A stretch of 64,000 nucleotides of DNA from Desertimonas sp. (GTDB lineage Bacteria; Actinomycetota; Acidimicrobiia; Acidimicrobiales; Ilumatobacteraceae), in NCBI GenBank assembly GCA_047972065.1, contig JBKEAH010000033.1, positions 403-64,402 on the forward strand, written 5' to 3'. The translations under genes and the position numbers were made by a program. Position 1 is the stretch's first letter, and every line of letters begins with the position of its first letter. The notes beneath the pieces are model-generated. The model made no database searches and was not told the DNA's origin. It saw only the letters and a program-made list of their open reading frames with translations. Positions 9,415 through 16,991 of the stretch are shown in pieces.

Positions 9415-12246
9415 TCAGCTACAGCCGCTGGTGCTCCCGCAGCTGGGGCAGGCGTGACAGGAGCCGGCGCGGATCATGTGGACGCCGCACTGCATGCACA
9501 TCGGCGAGTCGTGACGTACGACGCCACGGGCCGGCGTGTTGTCCTCGGGCGTCTCGGCGATGGCGCCGGCCTCCATCTGGCTGGCCAACTCCTCGGCGGT
9601 CGGGATGGTCTTGGGATCGGCGACAACCTCGGAACCCGTCGAGGTCTCGATGATCGACTCCTCGACACCTGGCAGCGTCGGCTGCAGCCGCTCGCCGACG
9701 GTGAAGATGCCCAGCTCGGAGCGCTCCTCGACCGACATGTACTCGACGGCCAACCGCCGGAACAGGTAGTCCATGATCGAGCTGGCGAAGCGCAGATCGG
9801 GGTCGTCGGTCATGCCGGCGGGCTCGAAGCGCATGTTGACGAACGCCTCGACGAACGCCCGCAGCGGCACGCCGTACTGCAGGCCGTAGCTGATCGACTT
9901 GGCGAAGGCGTCCATCATCCCCGACAGCGTCGAGCCCTGCTTGGAGACGGTGAGGAAGATCTCGCCGGGGCGGCCGTCCTCGTACTCGCCGACGTTGGCG
10001 AAGCCCTTGCAGTCGGCCACCCGGAACTCGAAGGTGCGGGCCCGGCGGCTGCGCGGCAGCTTCTGGCGCAAGGGCCGGTGCACGATCTTCTCGACGATCT
10101 TCTCCACCGCATTCTCGACATCGCGGGTGCGGTCCTCGGCGCCGGTCGAGGCGTCGTCCTTCTTCGCCGTCGAAAGCGGCTGGCCGACCTTGCAGTTGTC
10201 GCGGTAGATGGCGACGGCCTTCAGTCCGAGCTCCCAGGACAGCTGGTGCAACGCCTCGACGTCTTCGACCGACGCCTCCTCGGGCATGTTGACCGTCTTG
10301 GAGATCGCGCCCGACAAGAACGGCTGGACGGCGCCCATCATCCGCACGTGACCCTCGTAGTGGATGGTGTTGTCGCCCATCGAGCAGGCGAACACGGCGA
10401 GGTGGGCGGGCTCCAGGTGCGGGGCCCCGATGATCGACTTCTCGCGGTCGATGTAGGCGATGATCTCGGCGGTCTGCTCGTCGGTGTAGCCGAGACGGGT
10501 GAGCGCCCGCGGGATCGTCTGGTTGACGATCGACATCGTGCCCCCGCCGACCAGCTTCTTCATCTTGACGAGGCCGAGATCAGGCTCGATGCCGGTGGTG
10601 TCGCAGTCCATCATCAGCCCGATCGTGCCGGTCGGCGCCAGCACCGAGGCCTGGCTGTTGCGCACGCCGTGCTCCTCGCCGTCGCGCTCGGCGTCCTCCC
10701 AGGCCTCCTGACCAGCAGCCAGGAGTTCGGCGGGCACCACATCGGACCCGGCGATCTCGTAGCTGGCGTCACGGTGCATCCGCAGCACCTTGAGCATGTG
10801 GTCCTCGTTGTCGGCGAATCCGGCGAACGGCCCCATCCGGCTGGCGGTGCGGGCGCTGGTGGCGTAGCTGTGACCGGTCATCAGCGAGGTGATCGCGGCG
10901 GCCCAGGCGCGACCGTCGGCCGAGTCATAGGGCATCCCCAGCGCCATCAGCAGGGCACCAAGGTTGGCGTATCCGATGCCGAGCTGGCGGAACTCACGGC
11001 TCGTCTCGGCGATCGACGGCGTCGGGTAGTCGGCCCGACCGACGAGGATCTCCTGGGCCGTGAACACCATCTCGACGGTGTGACGAAACGCGTCGACATC
11101 GAAGTTGCCGTCGGTGTCGAGATAGCGCAGCAGGTTGATCGAGGCCAGGTTGCACGCCGAGTTGTCGAGGTGCATGTACTCCGAGCACGGGTTGGAGCCG
11201 TTGATCCGCCCGGTGTTGTGGGCGGTGTGCCAGCGGTTGATCGTCGTGTCGAACTGCAGACCGGGATCGGCGCACTCCCATGCGGCCTGGGCGATCTGGC
11301 GCCACAGGTCGCGGGCCTTGACCGTTCGCAACACCTCGCCGGAGGTGACCCCGACGAGCCCCCAATTTGCGTCCTCGGCGACGGCGGCCATGAACTCGTC
11401 GGTGACACGGACCGAGTTGTTGGCGTTCTGGTACTGAACGGAGAACGAGTCGGCACCGTCAAGGTCCATGTCGAAGCCGTTGTCGCGCAGGACCCGCGCC
11501 TTCTGCTCCTCTTTGACCTTGCACCAGATGAACTCCTCGACATCGGGGTGATCGACGTCGAGGATGACCATCTTGGCGGCGCGGCGGGTCTTACCCCCCG
11601 ACTTGATGGTGCCGGCCGAGGCGTCGGCGCCGCGCATGAAGCTGACCGGACCGGAGGCGGTGCCACCACCCTGGAGCAGCTCGGCGCTCGAGCGGATCCG
11701 CGACAGGTTGATGCCCGAACCCGAGCCCCCCTTGAAGATCACGCCTTCCTCTCGGTACCAGTTGAGGATCGAGTCCATCGTGTCATCGACCGACAGGATG
11801 AAGCAGGCGCTGGCCTGTTGGGGGACACCCTTGACCCCGATGTTGAACCAGACCGGGCTGTTGAAGGCGGCGCGCTGGGTGACGAGGATGTACTTCAGCT
11901 CGTCCGAGAACGCGGCGGCCTCGTCCTCGTCGGTGAAGTAGCCGCCCTCTCGCCCCCAGCTGGCGATGGTGTCGACCACCCGGTCGATCACCTGCCGGAG
12001 CGAGGACTCACGCTCGGGCGTGCCGAGTGTGCCCCGGAAGTACTTCTGGGCGACGATGTTGGCGGCGTTGACCGACCAGCTCGTCGGGAACTCGACCCCG
12101 ATCTGCTCGAAGGCGACCGAGCCGTCCTTCCAGTTGGTGATCCGCGCATCGCGGCGGCTCCACTCGACCTCGTCGTAGGGGTCGACGCCCTGGGAGGTGA
12201 AGAGGCGGCCGAGGCCGATCGCCAGTCGTTCGGGTGCCAGGGACAT
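9415..12246 (-). CDS. nrdJ: adenosylcobalamin-dependent ribonucleoside-diphosphate reductase (class II)
   Basis: Motifs GSNPCSEYMHLDNSACNLASINL and TGIEPDLGLVKMKKLVGGG, plus a Cys-rich C-terminal tail CMQCG...CHACPSCG. AAGGAG SD lies 6 nt before ATG 12246. Confidence 0.92.
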   Translation of the reverse strand: MSLAPERLAIGLGRLFTSQGVDPYDEVEWSRRDARITNWKDGSVAFEQIGVEFPTSWSVNAANIVAQKYFRGTLGTPERESSLRQVIDRVVDTIASWGREGGYFTDEDEAAAFSDELKYILVTQRAAFNSPVWFNIGVKGVPQQASACFILSVDDTMDSILNWYREEGVIFKGGSGSGINLSRIRSSAELLQGGGTASGPVSFMRGADASAGTIKSGGKTRRAAKMVILDVDHPDVEEFIWCKVKEEQKARVLRDNGFDMDLDGADSFSVQYQNANNSVRVTDEFMAAVAEDANWGLVGVTSGEVLRTVKARDLWRQIAQAAWECADPGLQFDTTINRWHTAHNTGRINGSNPCSEYMHLDNSACNLASINLLRYLDTDGNFDVDAFRHTVEMVFTAQEILVGRADYPTPSIAETSREFRQLGIGYANLGALLMALGMPYDSADGRAWAAAITSLMTGHSYATSARTASRMGPFAGFADNEDHMLKVLRMHRDASYEIAGSDVVPAELLAAGQEAWEDAERDGEEHGVRNSQASVLAPTGTIGLMMDCDTTGIEPDLGLVKMKKLVGGGTMSIVNQTIPRALTRLGYTDEQTAEIIAYIDREKSIIGAPHLEPAHLAVFACSMGDNTIHYEGHVRMMGAVQPFLSGAISKTVNMPEEASVEDVEALHQLSWELGLKAVAIYRDNCKVGQPLSTAKKDDASTGAEDRTRDVENAVEKIVEKIVHRPLRQKLPRSRRARTFEFRVADCKGFANVGEYEDGRPGEIFLTVSKQGSTLSGMMDAFAKSISYGLQYGVPLRAFVEAFVNMRFEPAGMTDDPDLRFASSIMDYLFRRLAVEYMSVEERSELGIFTVGERLQPTLPGVEESIIETSTGSEVVADPKTIPTAEELASQMEAGAIAETPEDNTPARGVVRHDSPMCMQCGVHMIRAGSCHACPSCGSTSGCS

Positions 12247-12320
12247 TCGTTCTCCTTCGTCGCCGGGTCTCGCGCCGGCCGTCGTTCGCTCCGTACCGCC
12301 GGGACGCCCGTCCCTTTGCG

Positions 12321-12367
12321 ACACAACATCTGGGGCGCTTCACCACCCCGACCACAAGACCTTGTGG
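12321..12367 (-). promoter_or_regulatory. tandem NrdR boxes upstream of nrdJ
   Basis: The two 16-mers are ACACAACATCTGGGGC (12321-12336) and the near-palindrome CCACAAGACCTTGTGG (12352-12367). Both fit the acaCwAtATaTwGtgt NrdR consensus. Their centres are 31 bp apart, as is typical. Confidence 0.7.
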
Positions 12368-12377
12368 GGGAATCGAG

Positions 12378-12407
12378 ATTACACCATCGTAGTTACGGCC
12401 GTGTCAA
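12378..12407 (-). promoter_or_regulatory. putative sigma-70-type promoter of nrdJ
   Basis: On the minus strand: TTGACA (12407-12402), an 18-nt spacer, then TGTAAT (12383-12378) preceded by TG. This is immediately upstream of the NrdR boxes. Confidence 0.5.
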
Positions 12408-12453
12408 CACCCATCTCGACAGAATCCCGCCGCCACCGCCGCCGTTGGCTGGA

Positions 12454-12548
12454 GCGTGCGATGCGGATCGCCGCAGGTCAGGGACGACGCTTCCCACGCC
12501 TCCGCTGGTGGAGCGGTGCACCATCCGCGTGCCATCCGCATCGCACGC
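12454..12548. other. 95-nt structured inverted-repeat element (unclassified)
   Basis: A perfect 15-bp closing stem pairs GCGTGCGATGCGGAT (12454-12468) with ATCCGCATCGCACGC (12534-12548). It encloses two local hairpins, GGGA-N7-TCCC and CCGCT-GGTGG-AGCGG. The region is intergenic. Confidence 0.5.
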
Positions 12549-12672
12549 CAGCACGAGAGTGCACCCTAGAGACGACGCCCTGTGGACCGCTACGGGCACA
12601 ACCCTGTGAATTTCCCGTGGAGCAAGGTGTGGGCAACCTCCCGTTCACCGACCGGCTGCGGCGCCAGCCACA

Positions 12673-13389
12673 ATGCGCTCGGTGTTCGACCTCCTGATCC
12701 CGCCGTCGACCGGTCCGATCGAGCTGAGCGCCGACGAGGTCGCAGCCGCGCCACGGCGGCGCCACGACGGTCGACCGTGGGTCGGGTTGTGCATGGTCGC
12801 CGGTCTCGACGGCGGCGTCGCCGTGGACGAGCGGTCCGCGGCGTTGTCGAGCGAGGCCGACACGGCCTTGTACGGTGCGCTCCGACGGGCCGCCGACATG
12901 GTGATCGTGGGGGCCGGGACCGCCCGCGACGAGGGATACGGCGCCCCGCGCCGGCCCGGTCAGCGCCTCGGTGTCGTCACCTCGACCGGCGATGTGGACA
13001 CCGCCGGCACGCTGTTCACCAGCGGCGCGGGGTTCCTCCTCATGCCCGAGGACGGACCCCGAGCACCGAGCACCGGCGGCCGGCCGATCGACGTGATCCG
13101 GGCCGGCCGCGGACGGGTCGATCTCGCCCTCGCCCTCACCCGCCTGGGCACCGTCGCGCCGGAGCCGACGTTCGTCCAGGTCGAGGGCGGACCGCGCCTC
13201 AACGGGGCGCTGGTCGAGGCCCGGTGTCTCGACGAGCTCAACCTCACGATCTCGCCCCGCATGACCGGCGGAGAGGGGTCGCGCATCATCGTCGGCGCCT
13301 CCGAGGGGGTCCGCGACATGCGTCTGACCCAGCTCGCCCGGGCGGGATCGTTCCTCTTTGGGCGGTGGGTCCGCACCGAACTGGCCTGA
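12673..13389 (+). CDS. RibD C-terminal domain / dihydrofolate-reductase-like family reductase
   Basis: 238 aa. VGLCMVAGLDGGVAVDERSAALSS..D..LYGALRRAADMVIVGAGTARDEGY, and later VEGGPRLNGALV, is typical of the RibD_C family. Confidence 0.7.
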   Translation: MRSVFDLLIPPSTGPIELSADEVAAAPRRRHDGRPWVGLCMVAGLDGGVAVDERSAALSSEADTALYGALRRAADMVIVGAGTARDEGYGAPRRPGQRLGVVTSTGDVDTAGTLFTSGAGFLLMPEDGPRAPSTGGRPIDVIRAGRGRVDLALALTRLGTVAPEPTFVQVEGGPRLNGALVEARCLDELNLTISPRMTGGEGSRIIVGASEGVRDMRLTQLARAGSFLFGRWVRTELA

Positions 13390-13397
13390 CGCCAGCT

Positions 13398-13859
13398 TCA
13401 GGCGGTGCTGCGGTCCTTGGTCAACAGCTCGATCTCCCGGTGGAAGTCCGACGCACCGTCGAAGTGCTTGTACACGCTGGCGAAGCGCAGATAGGCGACC
13501 TCGTCGATCGGGCGCAGCTGATCGAGCACGGCGAGTCCGATCTGCGAGCTCGTCGCCGACGAGCCAGCCGCACGGATGCACTCCTCCACCCGCTCGGCCA
13601 GCACGTCGATCGACACACCGGCAAGCTCCCGACCTTTGGTCGCGGCGGCGATCCCTGCGGCCACCTTCGCCCGCTCGAACGGCTGGCGACGGCCGTCGCT
13701 CTTGACGACCACCAACGGCACGTCCTCCACCCGCTCGAAGGTGGTGAACCGGGCGTGACACGACAAGCACTCGCGCCGGCGACGCACCGCCGTGCCCTCG
13801 TCGGCCAGCCGCGAGTCGACCACCTTGGAGTCGTCGGCCTGGCAGAACGGACAATGCAC
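13398..13859 (-). CDS. nrdR: transcriptional repressor NrdR
   Basis: MHCPFCQADDSKVVDSRLADEGTAVRRRRECLSCHARFTTFE is the zinc ribbon, followed by an ATP-cone domain. 153 aa. Confidence 0.93.
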   Translation of the reverse strand: MHCPFCQADDSKVVDSRLADEGTAVRRRRECLSCHARFTTFERVEDVPLVVVKSDGRRQPFERAKVAAGIAAATKGRELAGVSIDVLAERVEECIRAAGSSATSSQIGLAVLDQLRPIDEVAYLRFASVYKHFDGASDFHREIELLTKDRSTA

Positions 13860-13942
13860 TCAGCCAGGGTAACGGCCCGTTCCACACCGACCCCTGGGCG
13901 GAGGCAGGACGCCCAGGGGTCATGTGCGAGCGAAGCCCCCGC

Positions 13943-14245
13943 TCAGGCCGCCTCGGCGACTCGAGCCAGAACAGGGCGGGGCACCGTCGCCACGCGGTGC
14001 CGATGCGTCACGGCGGCGCGACCTGGCAGCTTCGAGGCCGGCCGCTGCAGCTCGCGGGCCAGCGCCCACGCCGCGACCAGCGCGGCGCCCGCGACCACGA
14101 GATCGAACGTACGAGCCACGACGGGACCATCGCCCGCGGCGCCCACCAGCGCCATCACGATGGCTGCCGCCACGACGGCGACGCGGCGACGACGCACCCG
14201 CCGGGACACAACCGGGCGACGGCGGGTGGTGGTGGCGATGGTCAT
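13943..14245 (-). CDS. small Arg-rich membrane protein, divergent from lexA (candidate SOS-regulated gene)
   Basis: 100 aa from ATG 14245, with SD GAGGAG 5 nt upstream. A basic N-terminus (TTTRRRPVVSRRVRRRR) is followed by two hydrophobic segments. SOS boxes lie in its upstream region, and nrdR is immediately downstream. Confidence 0.55.
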   Translation of the reverse strand: MTIATTTRRRPVVSRRVRRRRVAVVAAAIVMALVGAAGDGPVVARTFDLVVAGAALVAAWALARELQRPASKLPGRAAVTHRHRVATVPRPVLARVAEAA

Positions 14246-14275
14246 CACGGCTCCTCAAGACTCCCGACGGGACAG

Positions 14276-14397
14276 CGAACGCCCGTACGGCGATCAGGTG
14301 TTCGACCGTACTCCGAACGACTGTTCGAGTCAACCTCGATCGGAACGTTCGTTCGCGGAACAGATGTTTGACCCGATCGGGCGAACGTGCGTACGAT
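14276..14397. promoter_or_regulatory. SOS-box (LexA operator) array plus lexA -10 element
   Basis: There is one core-perfect box, CGAACgactGTTCG (14314-14327). Four near-matches are CGAACgcccGTACG (14276), GGAACgttcGTTCG (14342), GGAACagatGTTTG (14357) and CGAACgtgcGTACG (14382). TACGAT (14392-14397) lies 6 nt before the lexA ATG. Confidence 0.7.
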
Positions 14398-14403
14398 GGA
14401 GAG

Positions 14404-15036
14404 ATGGCTGACAGCAAGATCACCGCCCGACAGCGGCAGGTGCTCGAGTTCATCGAGCAGCAGATGCGCGATCGCGGTTTTCCACCGTCGGTGCGCGAGA
14501 TCGGCGAAGCCGTCGGGTTGACCTCCCCATCGACCGTGCACAGCCATCTCAACACGCTCCAGCGGCTCGGCTATCTACGTCGCGACCCGACCAAGCCGCG
14601 CGCCATCGAGGTCCGCTGGGATCCGAACTCCGGTGCGGTGATGGAACGGCGGCCGGTGCGCCATGTCCCGCTGGTCGGCGATGTCGCGGCAGGCACCGAC
14701 GTGCTGGCGGAGGAGAACGTCGAGGAGATCCTGCCGGTTCCCGCCGACTTCACCGGCGACGGCGAGTTGTTCATGCTGCGCGTCCGCGGCGATTCGATGA
14801 TCGACGCCGGCATCCTCGACGGAGACTTCGTGATCGCCGTGCAGCAATCGACGGCCAACGACGGTGACGTGATCGTCGCCGGCATCCCGGGCGGCGAGGC
14901 CACGGTCAAGACCTATCGGCGTCAGGGCGCGACGATCGTGCTGGTGCCGTCGAACGCCACGATGGCACCGATGGAGTTCACCGCCGACGATGTCGACGTC
15001 TATGGCCGAGTCGTCACCGTGATGCGACGGCTCTGA
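14404..15036 (+). CDS. lexA: LexA repressor
   Basis: MADSKITARQRQVLEFIEQQMRDRGFPPSVREIGEAVGL is the wHTH. The cleavage site is VAAG, with catalytic GDSM and VKT. The 370-aa track ORF is an upstream over-extension. Confidence 0.93.
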   Translation: MADSKITARQRQVLEFIEQQMRDRGFPPSVREIGEAVGLTSPSTVHSHLNTLQRLGYLRRDPTKPRAIEVRWDPNSGAVMERRPVRHVPLVGDVAAGTDVLAEENVEEILPVPADFTGDGELFMLRVRGDSMIDAGILDGDFVIAVQQSTANDGDVIVAGIPGGEATVKTYRRQGATIVLVPSNATMAPMEFTADDVDVYGRVVTVMRRL

Positions 15037-15085
15037 CCATCCATCGGGCCGACCATCGGGGAACGGCCACCTCGGCTCGAACCGG

Positions 15086-15877
15086 TCAGGTTCGCGGTGG
15101 GGGCGGCGTCGGCCAGCTTCCACCACCCGGGCCGGGCTGGTTGGGCGGCGTGAAGGGGCCTGAGGGCGGGCCGCCATAGGGCGGATGGGGAGGCTGACCC
15201 GACGTCGGCGGTGCCACCGGCGGTGGTCCTTGTCCGGGTTGCCACATCGTGGCCGGGCCGGACGCAGTCGCCATCACCGACGCCGGCTTGCGCCGGAGCA
15301 GCAACGACGCCGCGAGACCGGCGATCCCGACCACCCCGAGTGCGAGGCCGAAGCTCCGCATCGCCCCGACCCCCCGGTTGGGGTCCTTGCCGACCCGCAC
15401 CACCACGTCGGCCTCGCTGGTCTCGACGGTGAGGACGTACTGCCCGTCGTCGTCGATCTCGGCCGTCCGGATGGCCTGGCCGCGCCGACCGGCACCGTCG
15501 TAGGACGGGGTGTCGACCCGGTCCAGGTCGACCTCGTCGCCCCCGACGTCGACCAGGGTCAAGCTCACCCGCGGCAACGTCTCCTCGAACCGGTAGTCGC
15601 CCTCGGCCACATCGCAGGTGCCCTCGATCTCGTCGAGCGAGCCACGGGTCTCGATGAAGAAGATGTAGGTCCCACCACCGTCGAACTCGAGCACCGTCTC
15701 GCACCCGGCCGGGGCCGCCGCCAGCGACGTCACACCGTCGGACAGGCGCATGCCGGCGGCGACGAAGAGCCCGACTCCGACCACGGCCAGCGCGAGCGCG
15801 GCGGCGAACAACGGCCAGCGAATCCCTCGTTTCGGCACCGGCGCCGCGGCGGGCGCTCCGGGCATCGCGTATCCCAT
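15086..15877 (-). CDS. hypothetical membrane protein with Pro-rich C-terminal tail
   Basis: An N-terminal TM (WPLFAAALALAVVGVGLFVAAG) is followed by a roughly 150-aa acidic domain with two Cys. A second TM and a tail PPVAPPTSGQPPHPPYGGPPSGPFTPPNQPGPGGG follow. Confidence 0.55.
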   Translation of the reverse strand: MGYAMPGAPAAAPVPKRGIRWPLFAAALALAVVGVGLFVAAGMRLSDGVTSLAAAPAGCETVLEFDGGGTYIFFIETRGSLDEIEGTCDVAEGDYRFEETLPRVSLTLVDVGGDEVDLDRVDTPSYDGAGRRGQAIRTAEIDDDGQYVLTVETSEADVVVRVGKDPNRGVGAMRSFGLALGVVGIAGLAASLLLRRKPASVMATASGPATMWQPGQGPPPVAPPTSGQPPHPPYGGPPSGPFTPPNQPGPGGGSWPTPPPPRT

Positions 15878-15881
15878 CAGT

Positions 15882-16991
15882 TCACACTCCCAGGCGCTGT
15901 GCGACCAGCTCGATCCGTTCGTCAGGTTGTACCACGGCCACCCGGACGTACCCGGTCGCATCAGGTCCGTAGAACCCCCCGGGGCTGACCAGCGCGCCGC
16001 CCTCGGCGGCGAGGCGCTCGGTGAACGCCCACCCGTCCTCCACCGGGACCCACAGATAGAACCCGCCGGCGGGCAGGGCGATCTCGCGCCCGATCCAGGT
16101 TCCGAGGACCTCGGCCATGCGTGTGAGCCGATGGAGGTACCGCTGTCTCTGCCGGGCCACGTGCTCGTCGTCGTCGAGGGCCACGACGGCGGCGAACTGG
16201 GTGGGGCCCGGCACCATCATCCCGACGTGCTTGCGCACCTCCTGGAGATAGCGCACGAGATCGGCGTCCCCGGCGTAGAACCCGACCCGTGCACCGGCCA
16301 GGTTGGAACGCTTCGACAACGAGTGCACCGCGACGACCCCGTCGGTACCGGACTGCAGGATCGATCGCCCCGGGCCGTGCCAGGTGAACTCGACGTAGCA
16401 CTCGTCGGAGAAGACGGGCACGTCGTGGTCCCGCCCCCAGTCGGCGACCGGACCGAGTTCGTCGATCGCACCGGTCGGGTTGCCCGGGCTGTTGACCCAC
16501 AGCGCCAGCGCCCGTGATGCGTCATCGGCGGTGATGGTGTCGAGCCGCAGCCGGCCGTCCTCGTCGAGTGCGACCGGCACCGCCCGGCAGCCGGCCAGCG
16601 TCGCACCCATCGCGTAGGTGGGGTACGAGATCGCGGGGTACAAGATGGTGTCGCGGGCCGGTGATCGCAGCCGCAACCATTGTGGAAGCGTGCCGACGAA
16701 CTCCTTCGTACCGATGCAGGCGCCGACGGCGTCGGGGGCGATGTCGACGTCGAACCGTCGTGCCAGCCAACGCGTCGCCGCCTCACGCAACGGCGGCGAC
16801 CCGATGCTATTGGGGTAGCCGCGCTCGGCATCGGAGCGAGCGAACGCCTCGACCACCGCGCCGGGGGGCGGGTCCATCGGCGTGCCGATCGACAGGTCGA
16901 CGACACCGCCCGGGTGGGCGGCGGCGAGGGGCGACAACCGATCGAGCCGGTCGTAGGGGTAGGGCGGCGGCGTGAAGCCCTCGGCGATCAC
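15882..16991 (-). CDS. dapC: succinyldiaminopimelate aminotransferase (Corynebacterium DapC-type), PLP-dependent
   Basis: The N-terminus PPPYPYDRLDRL...HPGGVVDLSIGTPMDPPP and YPNSIGSPPLREA resemble actinobacterial DapC. It overlaps the hflX stop by 4 nt. Confidence 0.75.
   Translation of the reverse strand: MIAEGFTPPPYPYDRLDRLSPLAAAHPGGVVDLSIGTPMDPPPGAVVEAFARSDAERGYPNSIGSPPLREAATRWLARRFDVDIAPDAVGACIGTKEFVGTLPQWLRLRSPARDTILYPAISYPTYAMGATLAGCRAVPVALDEDGRLRLDTITADDASRALALWVNSPGNPTGAIDELGPVADWGRDHDVPVFSDECYVEFTWHGPGRSILQSGTDGVVAVHSLSKRSNLAGARVGFYAGDADLVRYLQEVRKHVGMMVPGPTQFAAVVALDDDEHVARQRQRYLHRLTRMAEVLGTWIGREIALPAGGFYLWVPVEDGWAFTERLAAEGGALVSPGGFYGPDATGYVRVAVVQPDERIELVAQRLGV

Noticed and set aside
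12454-12548. Interpretation of the 15-bp terminal inverted repeat element as a MITE.
   Set aside because: No target-site duplication flanks the element, and no second copy was noticed in this window. This is not excluded genome-wide.
9304-12609. 1101-aa plus-strand ORF covering the whole nrdJ locus. Similar giant antisense ORFs occur at 3574..5160(-), 18104..19435(+), 44639..47443(+), 51228..53459(-), 53526..55316(-) and 58123..60135(+).
   Set aside because: They lie antisense to genes with unmistakable conserved motifs. Their translations are Arg/Gly/Pro/Asp-rich low-complexity strings, typical of stop-codon-poor alternative frames in very GC-rich DNA.
12247-12672. A cobalamin riboswitch upstream of the B12-dependent nrdJ, or an FMN/ZTP/THF riboswitch upstream of the RibD_C-like gene.
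   Set aside because: I could not find the B12 box or the conserved cores of FMN (RFN), ZTP (pfl) or THF elements by eye. The nrdJ leader is instead explained by the NrdR boxes. The structured element at 12454-12548 is therefore reported as unclassified.
13924-14403. The 370-aa track ORF giving LexA a 160-residue N-terminal extension.
   Set aside because: The extension is Arg/Pro-rich, overlaps the divergent small gene and the SOS boxes, and precedes a canonical LexA N-terminus starting at ATG 14404.
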